From: Vicugna vicugna
Taxonomy: Eukaryota
Length of the DNA: 62,399 nucleotides
Direction of reading: 5' to 3'
Assembly: GCA_013265495.1 (NCBI GenBank)
Contig: MU058198.1
Coordinates: 7,827,779-7,890,177 of the forward strand
The translations under genes and the position numbers were made by a program. Below are positions 13,101 to 23,970 of this stretch, in pieces. The notes under the pieces were generated by a model that was given only the letters and a program-made list of their open reading frames with translations, had not been told where the DNA came from and did no database searches. Every line of letters begins with the position of its first letter. The stretch's first letter is position 1.

Positions 13101-16100
13101 ATTTATCCATTCTTCAGGTGGTGGACATTTGGGTTGTTTCTTCTCTCTTAGTCTTGTCACTGTCTCTCCTTTCTCCAACTCCAGGTCACCTTTAATGTCA
13201 CATTTGATGTGAACCCTGATGCTTCGCTGGGAAAAAAACTGCTTCTCAAGGCCAACGTGACCAGGTGTGCTCTGCCCAGCCTCCCACCGGCACCCTCCCT
13301 TTTGAGGCCCCCGTCACCTGCTCAGGTGGACCGGTGCCCTCTCCTCAGTGGTTCTCCCTTCAGCTCATTCATTCACTCAGCGAACACCAGCTGAGCACCC
13401 ACCACGTGCCAGGCGTGGTGTCTAGCGCTGGTGGGACTGTGGTGGGTGAGACAGTTGTGGTTCCTGCCCTCACAGAGGTTATGATTTAGTGGCAAAGGTG
13501 GACAGGAAAGCTGATGATTATGACACAGCATGAAATGAACAATGTCCAGTGTTCTTGGCAGCTTAGTGTTCAGAGAAGATTCCCGAAGATGATACATTCA
13601 TGCTGTGAGTTAGCCGAGCAAAGGCACAGATTGAAGGTGGGCATGAAGGCAGAAAGAAGGCAATGTGTGCCAAGCAAGTCCTGGAGACTGCAAAGACCAG
13701 GCTGTGTTTGAGTGCCTAATGCAGGATTTAAGGCATTGGTTAGGAATGGGCCGTGTCATAAAACAAGTGATGGGGGCCACCGGGGAATTTGCAGTTTAAC
13801 TTGAGGGTGACCTGCTTACATTTGTATGCTAGACAGCTAGACAGCTAGACAGGCCACTCCCCCGGAGGGCTGGGGATTGGGGTGGGAGTGGTTTTGAATT
13901 CAGGGGACCAGTGAGAAGAAGGTGCTGCTGACATCCAGGCGAGTAGAGATGGGCTGGGCTACGGAGGGGCAGCCCTGGTCTTTCTGAACAGCTCTGTCTC
14001 CTCTGTTGGATTTAGAGAACAGTGTTTAGGATTCAGGGAGGAGAGGACTTGTTGGTCGGTTAGAGGTGGAGGGAGAGGAAGAAGGAGAAGGAGAAGGAAA
14101 GGCTGACTCTCAGTTCTCAAGAGCTGGTCGGAACTCTCTGCTTCCCTTCAGTGAGAACAACATGCCCAGGACCAACAAAACCGAATTCCAGCTGGAGCTG
14201 CCTGTGAAATATGCCATCTACGTGCTGGTCAACAGGTGCTGGCTTCTGGGGCTTTTGCTCTGCCTTCACCACGGGGCGGATGTGGTCCACTGCCTATCTG
14301 TGTGCGCGGGTCTGTACACGTGTGCCTGGGTGTGAATCTGAGGCTGTGAGCATGGTGTGTACTTGTGCGTGCGTGTGTGTGTGTGTGAGGGGTCCAAACT
14401 GGCACGCTGTGTGTCGGATACACATCGTCCCTGCACACTGTCCCACTCGTACCCCCTTATACCCTTAGGCTGAACCCCTCTCCCAGGACACCCTTGATGT
14501 TCTGTCACCTCCTGCCCCTTCTTCTTTCTCCCACCAGCCTCGAGGTCTCCACCAAGTATCTCAACTTCACAGCCTCAGAGAATACCAGGCACATTATAGA
14601 GCATCAGTATCAGGTGGGGAACCGAGAAGGAGCTGGGGAGGGAAATCAAGATGATGGGGACGCGGAAGGAATGGGGGGAAGCCTGCCTGAGGAGCCTGCT
14701 TTGTGCCAGGCTCGTTTCCAAGCTCGCTCTGACTCTGCACACACAAGCACACACTTACGTTCTGTGTGTATACATACACATGGAGGTAACTCACTTTATC
14801 TTCATGACGACTCTGTAATGGAGGCACGCTCATCATCCCCAGTTTACAGATGAAGAAACTGGGGCTCAGGGAGGTTAACAGAACATGCCCACAGTCTCAG
14901 TCCCCTTAAGTGGAAGAGCCACTGTAGGAGCAGTCTGTCTGGCTCTTGGATGAGTGTTTAACCAGCACACTCTCCTGCCTCCCGGAGAGCATCAGGAGGT
15001 GGGCGCCTGGGGTCTGCGAGGCCTTATTCAGCACGCGGCTGTGGGGAGCAGAGAGCTGACTCTAGTTGCTGGTGGGGCGGAGAGGCCAGAGCCCTCATAT
15101 CTGCCCCTTCCCCCCGACACAGTTCAACAACCTGGGCGGGAAGAAGCTCCCTATCAGTGTGATCTTCTGGGTCCCTATCCGGCTGAACCAGATAACCGTG
15201 TGGGACCGGCCCCAGGTGACCTTCTCCCAGGTAAGCCCAGCCAGACCTGAGGAGTGGGCCCAATTCCTCCCTCCTCAGCCCTGTTCCTTCCAAAAATCGC
15301 TTTTGTTTCCTTTGTTGGCTCGTGGAGCCATTCCCGCCCCTCTCCTGGACCAGCCCATCTGGCCTCCTGGAGGGTGGACCCAGGAGCCATCATTTATCTC
15401 TTTCCTTAGAACCTCTCCAGCAGGTGCTACACCAAGGAGGTCACCCCACCGCGCTCCGACTTCCAGGCAGAGCTGAACAAGAGCCCAGTGCTGGTGAGAA
15501 GAAGCCTGACCACCCTCAGGGCTGCGTGCGGACTCTGCGCGGTCTGCCCCTCGGGCCCGGGACCGCCTCTCAGCTGAGTGGGCTGAGCACACGGCTCGGG
15601 GTGTTTTCTGCACCTAGCTCTCTCGGCCATCTGTCTCCTCTCCTCCCTCCCACAGAACTGCTCCATTGCTGTCTGCCAGAGAATCCAGTGTGACATCCCG
15701 TCCTTCGGCGTCCAGGAAGAATTCAGTGTCACCCTCAAGGGCAACCTCTCATTTGACTGGTACATCAAGGTGTGTGGGGTCCTGAGGCTCAGCTGGGCAC
15801 AGACCTGCTGTGTCTGGGGCCGCGGATCCAGCTCCCACCATCTCTCTCCCCTAGACTTCACATAACCACCTTCAGGTTGTGAGCACAGCGGAGATCATGT
15901 TTGATGACTCGGCGTTTGCCCTGCTTGCAGGACAGAGCGCATTTGTGAGGGCCCAGGTATCTGCCTTGGACACCGAGGGACCATTGGAGGGAGGAGAGGA
16001 GGCTGGACTTGGGGGAGAGAGAGAGAGAAGTGGGGAGGTGGAGTGAGGGCTGGAGTTGGGGGGCTTAGGGAGGGGTTGGTCATTGGGTTCAGGGAGCACA

Positions 16101-16826
16101 CGAGGTCTGACTGGGGAACCCCTAGAAGTCCAGAATCTTTCTCCCCTGATGCACCCCATCCCCCTCCCTGCCACAGACCGAGACCAAGGTGGAGCCGTAC
16201 GAAGTACACAATCCTGTACCGCTTATCGTGGGCAGCTCGGTGGGCGGGCTGGTGCTCCTGGCCCTCATCACTGCCGCCCTGTACAAGGTATCCCCTTGGG
16301 CTGCTTCCTGCCCACCCCCCTCCCCTCGCTGCTTCTCACCCAGCAGCTCCTTCCTGGGTTCGACTCCCAGCAGTGCTGCCAGCTGGGTGACCTTGGGCAA
16401 GTCCCAGAGCCTCAGTTTCTTCAGCTGTCAAACGAGACCAGAAATACCCATTTTGTGAAGATAATTGGGTTGGTATGTCTAGAGCACTTAGAACAGTCCC
16501 TGGTACAGAGTAACCACTATACAAGTAGTTCTTCTTCTTAATATTGTATTTTATATTTCTTTGCTCCTTTTCTTCCCTTTCTTCCCCAGTACTGATGCCA
16601 TCTCCCTCCCTGCCCTACTCCCCCAGGTCTCTTCAAAGCTCTGCCATGTAGTTCTTTGTGTCTCTCGGTCCCTCCGTCTCCATTCCTGGTCTGCACTGCC
16701 ACTACCCGCTCTCCTGGCCTCCGTGCCCTCACTCCTCTGCCTCTGCCTCCACAGCTCGGCTTTTTCAAACGGCAGTACAAGGACATGATGAGTGAAGGTG
16801 GTCCCCAGGCGGCTGCGCCCCAGTGA
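1108..16826 (+). CDS. ITGAM: Integrin alpha-M (CD11b/Mac-1 alpha), exons 10-30; the 5' part including the I-domain lies upstream of the window
   Basis: GT-AG exons in continuous frame: 1108-1181, 3096-3225, 3497-3639, 6291-6431, 6524-6733, 9223-9353, 9448-9611, 11444-11598, 11689-11820, 11992-12065, 12255-12396, 12492-12614, 13185-13264, 14152-14235, 14538-14613, 15123-15230, 15410-15493, 15656-15769, 15855-15956, 16177-16287, 16755-16826. They encode FG-GAP repeats with Ca-binding loops ([27 protein letters not shown]), the TM segment [22 protein letters not shown] and the tail [24 protein letters not shown], which is typical of alpha-M. No stops or frameshifts seen. Confidence 0.96.
1338..3070 (-). 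mobile_element. Old LINE-1 (ORF2 3' part plus 3'UTR) filling ITGAM intron 10
   Basis: Poly-T start, typical antisense L1 ORF2 text (ctcattgtggttttgatttgcatt), and an imperfect TSD aat(c/t)ctgtt at both ends. Confidence 0.85.
5100..6140 (+). mobile_element. Degraded LINE-1 ORF2 fragment
   Basis: ORF fragments [24 protein letters not shown] and [13 protein letters not shown] are L1 ORF2-like. Confidence 0.85.
7878..7915. other. Assembly gap (38 N) in a CA/C-rich low-complexity tract
   Basis: Run of N bases. Confidence 0.99.
8115..8265 (-). mobile_element. tRNA-derived SINE (Vic-1-like, camelid): one full monomer plus a truncated second monomer
   Basis: The reverse complement reads ggggagggtatagctcagtagtagag...gaggtcctgggttcaatcccc (A and B boxes) with an A-rich tail; 18-bp TSD caactaccatagtatata at 8097-8114 and 8266-8283. 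Confidence 0.85.
10400..11200 (+). mobile_element. Old LINE-1 ORF1-region remnant with a nested younger L1 3' end (~10615-10810)
   Basis: A-rich L1 ORF1-like text; the nested piece reads ...aatcactttgctgtatacttgaaactaacac...aaaaaaag. Confidence 0.6.
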
Positions 16827-16984
16827 TGGCTCCTTCACCACCGAGTGGCCTCTCCTGCAGCAAACAGGATGTGGTTGGGCCAGTGAGCGAGCAGGTCCCC
16901 AGGCTACTGGACAGACACATCTGTTAGGAGACCGGGGCGGGGACATCTCACTCAGGAGTGAGCAACCTGTTTGGGTTTCCATTG

Positions 16985-17025
16985 GTGTGTGTATGTGTGT
17001 GTGTGTGTGTGAGTGTGTGTGTGTG
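16985..17025 (+). repeat. (TG)n microsatellite in the ITGAM 3' UTR
   Basis: Interrupted TG run. Confidence 0.9.
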
Positions 17026-17604
17026 AATTGTGTATGTGGTCCTGATGTCTTTGGCATGAGGACAAGGGCCTTCAGCACCACGTCTTGGGCAGAAGGGAAT
17101 TGCTTGGGCTTCCTCATGTGTGGGCGAAGGTGCCACTGGTCCTTCCTCTGTACAGAGGTGCTGGCAGCTCATGTGGGCGAACACAAAGAGGAACACAGCA
17201 CATCCTCCCCAGGCTGAAGGAAGCGAGACCTCCTTTTGTGGGCGAGCATGCAGGTCTGCAGGGGTCTGTGCAGCTGGGGCTGAGTCCACACAGAGAAGCC
17301 ATGGCTGAACCAGGGTCTGGCCAGCCATCGGGGAGCCTGTCCAGCCTGCCCTGCACTAGAGCTGATAGGTCCAATGAGCAATGGTGCACCTCCCTTTATA
17401 TATTCACTTATTTATTATTTCAGTGCTACTTTTGTGCTTTGAATGGATAAATCTGCCCATAGTACAAAAATCCAAAGATGTGCATGGATATGTGGTGAAA
17501 AATCTCCCTTCCATCCCGGTCCCTGAGCTGTTCAGTTCTCTCGTAAAAGACAGTCAAGGTTATGTGTTTTGGGGTCTCCTTCACAAGGATTCTAGGCATA
17601 TACA

Positions 17605-17636
17605 ACACACAAACACACACACACACACACACACAC
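17605..17636 (+). repeat. (CA)n microsatellite in the ITGAM 3' UTR
   Basis: Interrupted CA run. Confidence 0.9.
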
Positions 17637-17857
17637 GCTTTTTTTTAATGGCAGCACACGTTATTTATACTGTTTTGCATCTTGCTCTTTCCAGTAATGT
17701 AGCTCAGACATTGTTTCATACCAAGATGTAAAGTACTTTTTCATTCTTTTACATAGTGGCACAGTGGTCCATTGTGTGGGTGGATCATAACGTCCTTAAT
17801 CAGTCTCCCTTTGATATATTATTTCCAACCTCTCACAACGACAAGCAATGGTGAATT

Positions 17858-17863
17858 AATAAA
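17858..17863 (+). terminator. Putative ITGAM polyadenylation signal
   Basis: AATAAA about 1 kb after the stop, with a downstream GU/U-rich element. Confidence 0.6.
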
Positions 17864-17914
17864 TTGAATGTGTGTCATTTTTGCATATGTGTAAAATAAT
17901 TTATAGGATGTATT

Positions 17915-18360
17915 CCCAGAAGCTTGGGTTCTCCCAGAAGCGAACCTAAGAGGAGAATTTGAGTGGAAGAAGCTTATTTAAGGGCGGCCCCAGGAAATAC
18001 CAATGAGGGGGTGGGACATGAACTGGGGAAGGAAAGGCAGCCAGTAAAGGCGTGTATTATCAACAGAGGTAACATGAGCTCCTGGAGTGTAAGCCCACAG
18101 GAGAGGCCTGGGAGACTAAGTAGAACACGCACTTCTCTACGCTTCCCACCCAGGAAGGGAAGGAGCCGGGGTATACATACACCAGTTCCACACAGTTATT
18201 GGTTGAGGGCTGCTCTTGGTTGGGAGGGAAGTGTTAATCCCCTGGCACTTCTGGCTGGCCCTGAGTGTAGGCAGAGCGGGCTCTGGTGGCCAGAGAAAGG
18301 GATACAGATTGCTGCCAGTTGGAAGTCTAGCAGATGAGCATAGCGGCTGGCAAGGCCCAC
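17915..18360 (-). mobile_element. Ancient ERVL-type solo LTR (LTR16/LTR33-like)
   Basis: Recognised from gggttctcccagaagcgaacctaagaggagaatttgagtggaag...ttattt; family assignment from memory. Confidence 0.5.
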
Positions 18361-19599
18361 AGGGATCTGGGCAAGACACCCGCAGCGCTTACTACCAAGA
18401 GTGTGTGCAGGTGAAGTTTTGACAGCTGTTTCTAGGGAGCCAGCCCTCCTTGGGGGAGCTGGGGCCAATGCTCGTCTCCCGACCTTTGTCAAGGCAGTAA
18501 ACATGACTCTGCCCTTAGCCGAGTCTAATTCTAATTAGACTCATTCTCACAACAGCCCTGCTAAGTGGCCACCGCTGGCTAATAATAGTATCTGAATTCA
18601 CTTACGGGGAAGCTGAGGCTAAGAGAGATCATCCCAATTGCCCGAGTTTGGACAGATGAGAAAAGAATGGAGCTGGGATTCAAACCTGGCTCTGTCTGGC
18701 TCCAAAGATTTTCTCTTTTCCTGTCCCGAAGGCCTCAGAGGAGTGGCCCGCAGCAGGCACGGGGGATGTGGGGGGAGAGGGCGGCTGTTGTTTAGCTGCG
18801 ATAATATCAAGGGAACATAGGAAATCACTGACATGTTTGTTGATAAAAATGGCAACTGCATGGAGGCCATCGAAAGAAGAGAAAGTCACGGCTTAATTGG
18901 ACACCTGTTCCGGATGTGATAGGAAGGAGGGAAGGTGAGGGAAGGGTCCTGGGGGAGGTGACACGGACTCAAGCAGAGACAGCGTCTTCCAGTCCGAGGG
19001 CAGCACAGGTGGGGCTAGAAGAGTGGGCAGAAGCTTGCGCATATGCACTTTGTAAGCCAGAGGGACGAGTTTCACTTTTATTCAAAGTGCAATAAGATGT
19101 CATCTAAGGGTGACTAGTGAGACAATGGCCCTTATGTCCTTGGGAGTGTTGCAACACATGCCACCTTTAAGTGGTTCTACACAATTTCCTCTTCTGATTG
19201 CAAAACCTGTTAAAAATGCTTTTGCCTTCCTTAAGTCGAAAGACCTCAAGATCTCCAGAAGCCCTTAACTGTCCCAGGAAAGGCGAGAGCCTCTGTTACC
19301 TGGAGGCAATTGTCCTTGGATGGGCAATTAAGGCTCAGAGTCCACATCAGCCTCTTTGCATTGGAAAGTTGTGCTGAATTCAGCAGATAGGAGATTTATG
19401 ATGTTAGAAAGTCAATCCTGTCTAGTGACAAATTACCCTAGCATGACCACGGGGTTACTAATAAACAAGGCCAGAAACCTCGGGTAAGAAGCCAAACTCA
19501 GTAGAGCTTTTACTTTTTGGGGTCCCTTGGTTCAGAATAAACCAAATCTCTGCCGTCTCCACCCTCCTTTTCTTACTTAGCAATAGGTTCTTCTCTGGG

Positions 19600-20126
19600 C
19601 CACCATGGAAGATTGTTCTAGTTACGACCCCTGATGAATTGTGTCTCCACATCCCACTCCCTTGCAAGCTGACCCTACTGCTCCTCCCATCAAGTGGTGG
19701 GGACTACCTCCCTATCTTCTGGAATCTAGGCTGCTCTTGCGGCTTGCTTTGCTCAATAGGACATGGTAGAAGGGATGTTGTGCAAGTTCCAGAGCCCAGA
19801 CCGTCGGGAGTGCTGCAGCTTCTGCTCTCACCCTCTCAGACTCCTGAGAGCACTATACTGAGAGCCAGCCAGACTATTGGAAAATGAGCAGCCACATGGA
19901 GGAGACAACTGAAACCCCCAGCTGACCAGTAGCACAACCGCATGCATGAGGTCATCTTGGACCTTCCAGCCCAGTCCAGCCATCCAACAACTGTGTCCAC
20001 AGGCAAGTTCAAAAGAAGAACTGCCCAGATGGTCACCACCCAGAACTGTGAGAAATAATAAATTGTTGCTATTTCAGTCCGCTGAGTTTTGGAGTGGTTT
20101 GTCATGCTGCAATGGATAACTAATAC
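19600..20126 (+). mobile_element. MaLR (MLT1-type) LTR
   Basis: Ends in the MLT1-type terminus gagttttggagtggtttgtcatgctgcaatggataactaataca. Confidence 0.7.
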
Positions 20127-22149
20127 AACCAGCTAGTGAAAGAACATTTCCCAGTTTCCTTTGTAGCTGGATTCTGCCTAAGGGGATGCGAGTAGAGCGA
20201 GTGAACAACTTTGGAGTCAGGTCCTTTGAAAGAAGGAGCGCCCTCCCTTTCTCCTTGCCGTCTTTCTACCAGCTGGAGCATGAACGTTGTGGTGCACTGT
20301 TTTGGACTTTGCAGATGAGGGCAACACCCAAGAATACCAGAGGGGACAGAAGGAACCTAGGTTCCAACCCTGTAGAACCACCATATTAGCCCTGGACTCC
20401 ATATTTTTCATGCTCTTAAAGGAGAGAGAAATGTCCATTGGTCTTGTTTAAGACACTGGTATTCTTTTTTTTTTTAATTACAGCTGTTCTTTTATTTTAG
20501 TGTTATAAATACTATCTTGATACTGGTAGAGTCTACCAACCAGCTACAAGGAGCTATTTTTTTGAGGTTTTTTTTTTTTTTTTAATAATTGAAGTAGAGT
20601 TGATTTACAATATTTTAAGACACTGGTATTCTGGACCTCCGATAAGGCAGCTGCCCCTGTATTGTAATTGATACAACTGTAATCTTGCCAAAGATTCTGT
20701 TTTCTACTTGGTCCCCCAAAACTAAACTTGTGGTAAAGCCCGAAGGCTTCCTGATGGGGTTGCTACCCCAACTCTAGCATTTCGGCCTAGTCTTCCTTTC
20801 TTGTCATGGCTCATGGTGTGGCTGGGACCCCAAGTGGAGGGGCCCGAGTGGTGTCCTCTATCCATCCTTGGGATGGTCATGGGCTTCAGTCATGCTTTGC
20901 AGGACCTTCCTGATTAGCCCACTTGGTCTGGTGTCCAAGTATTTATCCTCACCCTCTGAGGGCACCACGGCGAGGGACCTACCTCTTGATCCCTTTCTTC
21001 CTGGTGGCAAAATGACCTACTAGAGAAATAAACTGACCAGTTTCCCCTGTAGATGCATGAGAAAGGTACTAAGAAAGTATTTCCCCTCCCTCCTTCTTGA
21101 GGGATGACCCAGAGATGTGTGCCCCGGTGGTGTGGATTTCCCTTCCCCAGGGAGCGCTCAGGCTTTTTTTTTTTTTTCTTTACCCTTGGCTCTTAACCAC
21201 TTACAGTTTAGGAAAGAGATTTCTCACTGGCAACCCTTGGGCCAAATCCAATCCTCAGGTTTTGTTTTACCCCCATGGTTTCCTTTGTTTATTTGTTTTT
21301 GATGAGTTGCTCACATTTAAAAATGGAGAGATTTCCGGGGGAAATCCAGACTTGTGGCTTCTCTATAAAAATGGGAGTGTTTGGTGACATGAGGTGACAG
21401 CTCGGCAGAGTCACCCTGTTGGGCAGGACACGGCTGCCCAGCTCACTGCATGCAGCTGTCCTGTCTCTGAGGCTAAAGCCCGTGTATGTGAGGTGACCTT
21501 GGTGGCCCTGTGTGCACTGGCCCCTGCCTACCTCTGCAGCTCACCTCCACTGCCCTTCCCTCTCAACCTTATATTTCTCAAATGCACCATATTTAGGGTG
21601 ACCAACCAGGACCTTTTTGAAAGTGAAAGAGGGTGTAATTAGTAATTACACCAGGATGTGGGCCTAAATATGACCTGTTGGGGACAGATCAGGAGGTACC
21701 TGTGTTCCCCCTGCACTTGCTCTCACATCCCAGTCTTTGCCCAGGCGGCACCGCCTGATCAGACTCACTTCCTCTCCTCCTTCACCCGACTCTTGTCTCA
21801 GTTTGAGGGTCACTTCCTCCAGGTCCTCCTCACGCCCTGGCTGAGAAGCTCTCTACCCCTCATGTGCTCTCACAGTAACCTGTGCTTCTTCCTCTGGACA
21901 CTGTACCTTCCTGGAGGGCAGGAACCCCTAGGACAGTATCTGAAACATGGAACAAACAACTGCTGGATATACGTGTTGAGTAAATGAACGAATAGGCTTG
22001 GGTTACCCACCTTCCTGTTATGCTGTGCTCTCTACCAGAAGACAGAGCTCGCAAAACATCTGTTTCCCTACATCCTGACCCATTTCTTCAGGACTGTATA
22101 GTATCTGACTCTTTGTGACTACTTCACATTTTCTAAATCCTAAGAGACT

Positions 22150-22650
22150 AATTATAGAAATGGACGACAGGTACACACAGAACTCTGACCCTCAATCTGC
22201 AGCAACCAGCTCAAAATACCAGCATCATCTAGAGGGACCAGCCCAGGAAGCCAGCCTGCTGCCTGTAAATCAGACTTGTAGGAAGTCAGACCACTTTCTC
22301 CAGCAACAGGTCCAGGAAGCTAAACAATAACCCATATAATAATTGGCTCAAAATGATCAAGTCTTGATTAATGACTGACAGCTTCCATAAGTTTTGTCCC
22401 TGCTTCCAACTTAGGACCAACCAGAGAGAGCCAAGTACGCTCCCCCAGCCGATCACAGGATGTCCGGCTCCCAGGATACGTGCCCCTCCTCCAGTTTCTA
22501 GAGCTGACAGCCTCCAGAGCTGACAGCCTCCAATCAGGGCACAGCTGAAGCCGTCCCTTTTCTCCAAAGTCCAGCTTTCCCCTCCTCTGCCTGACATCCA
22601 GTCCCCAAAACATAAGTGAAGGTGGCTGGCTCTCTCGCTGGAGCAAGATC
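22150..22650 (+). mobile_element. ERV1-type LTR fragment (MER34/MER39-like)
   Basis: Motifs tgactgacagcttcc...ttccaacttaggaccaaccagagag...ccaatcaggg; family assignment from memory. Confidence 0.5.
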
Positions 22651-22659
22651 TAGCCCAAT

Positions 22660-23970
22660 TTCCGAAGAAGACATACAGATGGCCTACTGGCGTATGAAAA
22701 GACATTCAACATCACTAGTAATCAGAAAATGCAAATCAAACCACAATGAGATATCACCTCACACCACTCTAGATGGTTATCATCAAAAAGACAGCAAATA
22801 ACAAGTGCTGGCCAGGATGTGGAGAACAGGGAACCCCCATGCGCTGTTAGTGGGAATGTAAATTGGTAAAGCCGTTGTGGAAAACAGTATGGAAGTCCCC
22901 CTAAAATTAAAAATAGAACTACTAGATGACCCAGCAATTTCACTTCTGGGTATTTATCTGAAGAAAGCAAAAACACTAATTCAAAAAGATGTATGTACCC
23001 CTATGTTCACTGTAGCATAATTTACAATAGCGAAGATATGGAAACAATCTAAGTGTCCATCAACAGAAAAATGGATTAAAAAAAGGTATCTATACACAGT
23101 GGAATATTACTCAGCCATAAAACAAATAGTGAAATCTTGCCATTTGTGACAACATGGATGGACCTAGAGGGTATCATGGTAAGTGAAATAAGTCAGACAA
23201 AGACACATCCTTTATGATTTCACTTATATGTGGAATCTAAAAACAAAACAAATGAACAAATAGAACTAAACAGAAACAGTCATAGATACAGAGAACAGAT
23301 GATTGCTAGAGAGGTAGAGGGTAGAGGAAGGTGACAAACAAGTGAGGGAGATTAAGAGGTATAAACTTCTAGTTGCAAAATAAATGAGTTATAGAAGTAA
23401 AATGTACAATGTGGGGAATATAGTCAATAACCATGTAATATCATTGTATGGTGACAGGTGACAACTAGACTTCTTACGGTGATCATTTTGAAATGTATAG
23501 AAATATCAAATCACTATGTTGTGTACCAGGATCTAACATAATGTTATAAATTAATTAGACTTCAAAAACAAACAAACTCATAGAAAAAGAGATAAGATTT
23601 GTGGCGACCAAGGGCAAGAGGTGGAGGAGGGGGAATTAGATGAAGGCAGTCCAAATGTACAACCCTCCAGTTATGAGGTATATGAGTCCTAAGGATGTAA
23701 TGCACAACAGGATAAAGATAATTAACACTGTTGTATGTTATGCATGAAAGTTGTTAAGAGAGTAAGTCCTAAGAGTTCCCATCATAAGGAGAAAACAGTT
23801 TTGTTTTTTTTTTTCCTATTTCTTGTGCCTAGATGAGATGATGGATGTTCATTAACCCTATTTTGGTCGTTTCGCGATATATGTAAATCAAATCATTATG
23901 TTGTACACTTTAAGCTTACACTATGCTCTATATCAATTATATCACAATAAAACTAGAAAAAATAAAGTTC
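22660..23970 (+). mobile_element. LINE-1 ORF2 C-terminus and 3'UTR
   Basis: EDIQMA..RMKRHSTSLVIR motif, the usual L1 3'UTR, and aataaaactagaaaaaataaa at the end. Confidence 0.85.

Larger units (their letters stand above)
16827..17880 (+). other. ITGAM: ITGAM 3' UTR
   Basis: Runs from the TGA stop to the first clear AATAAA (17858-17863), which is followed by a GU/U-rich tract (tgtgtgtcattttt). Confidence 0.6.
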
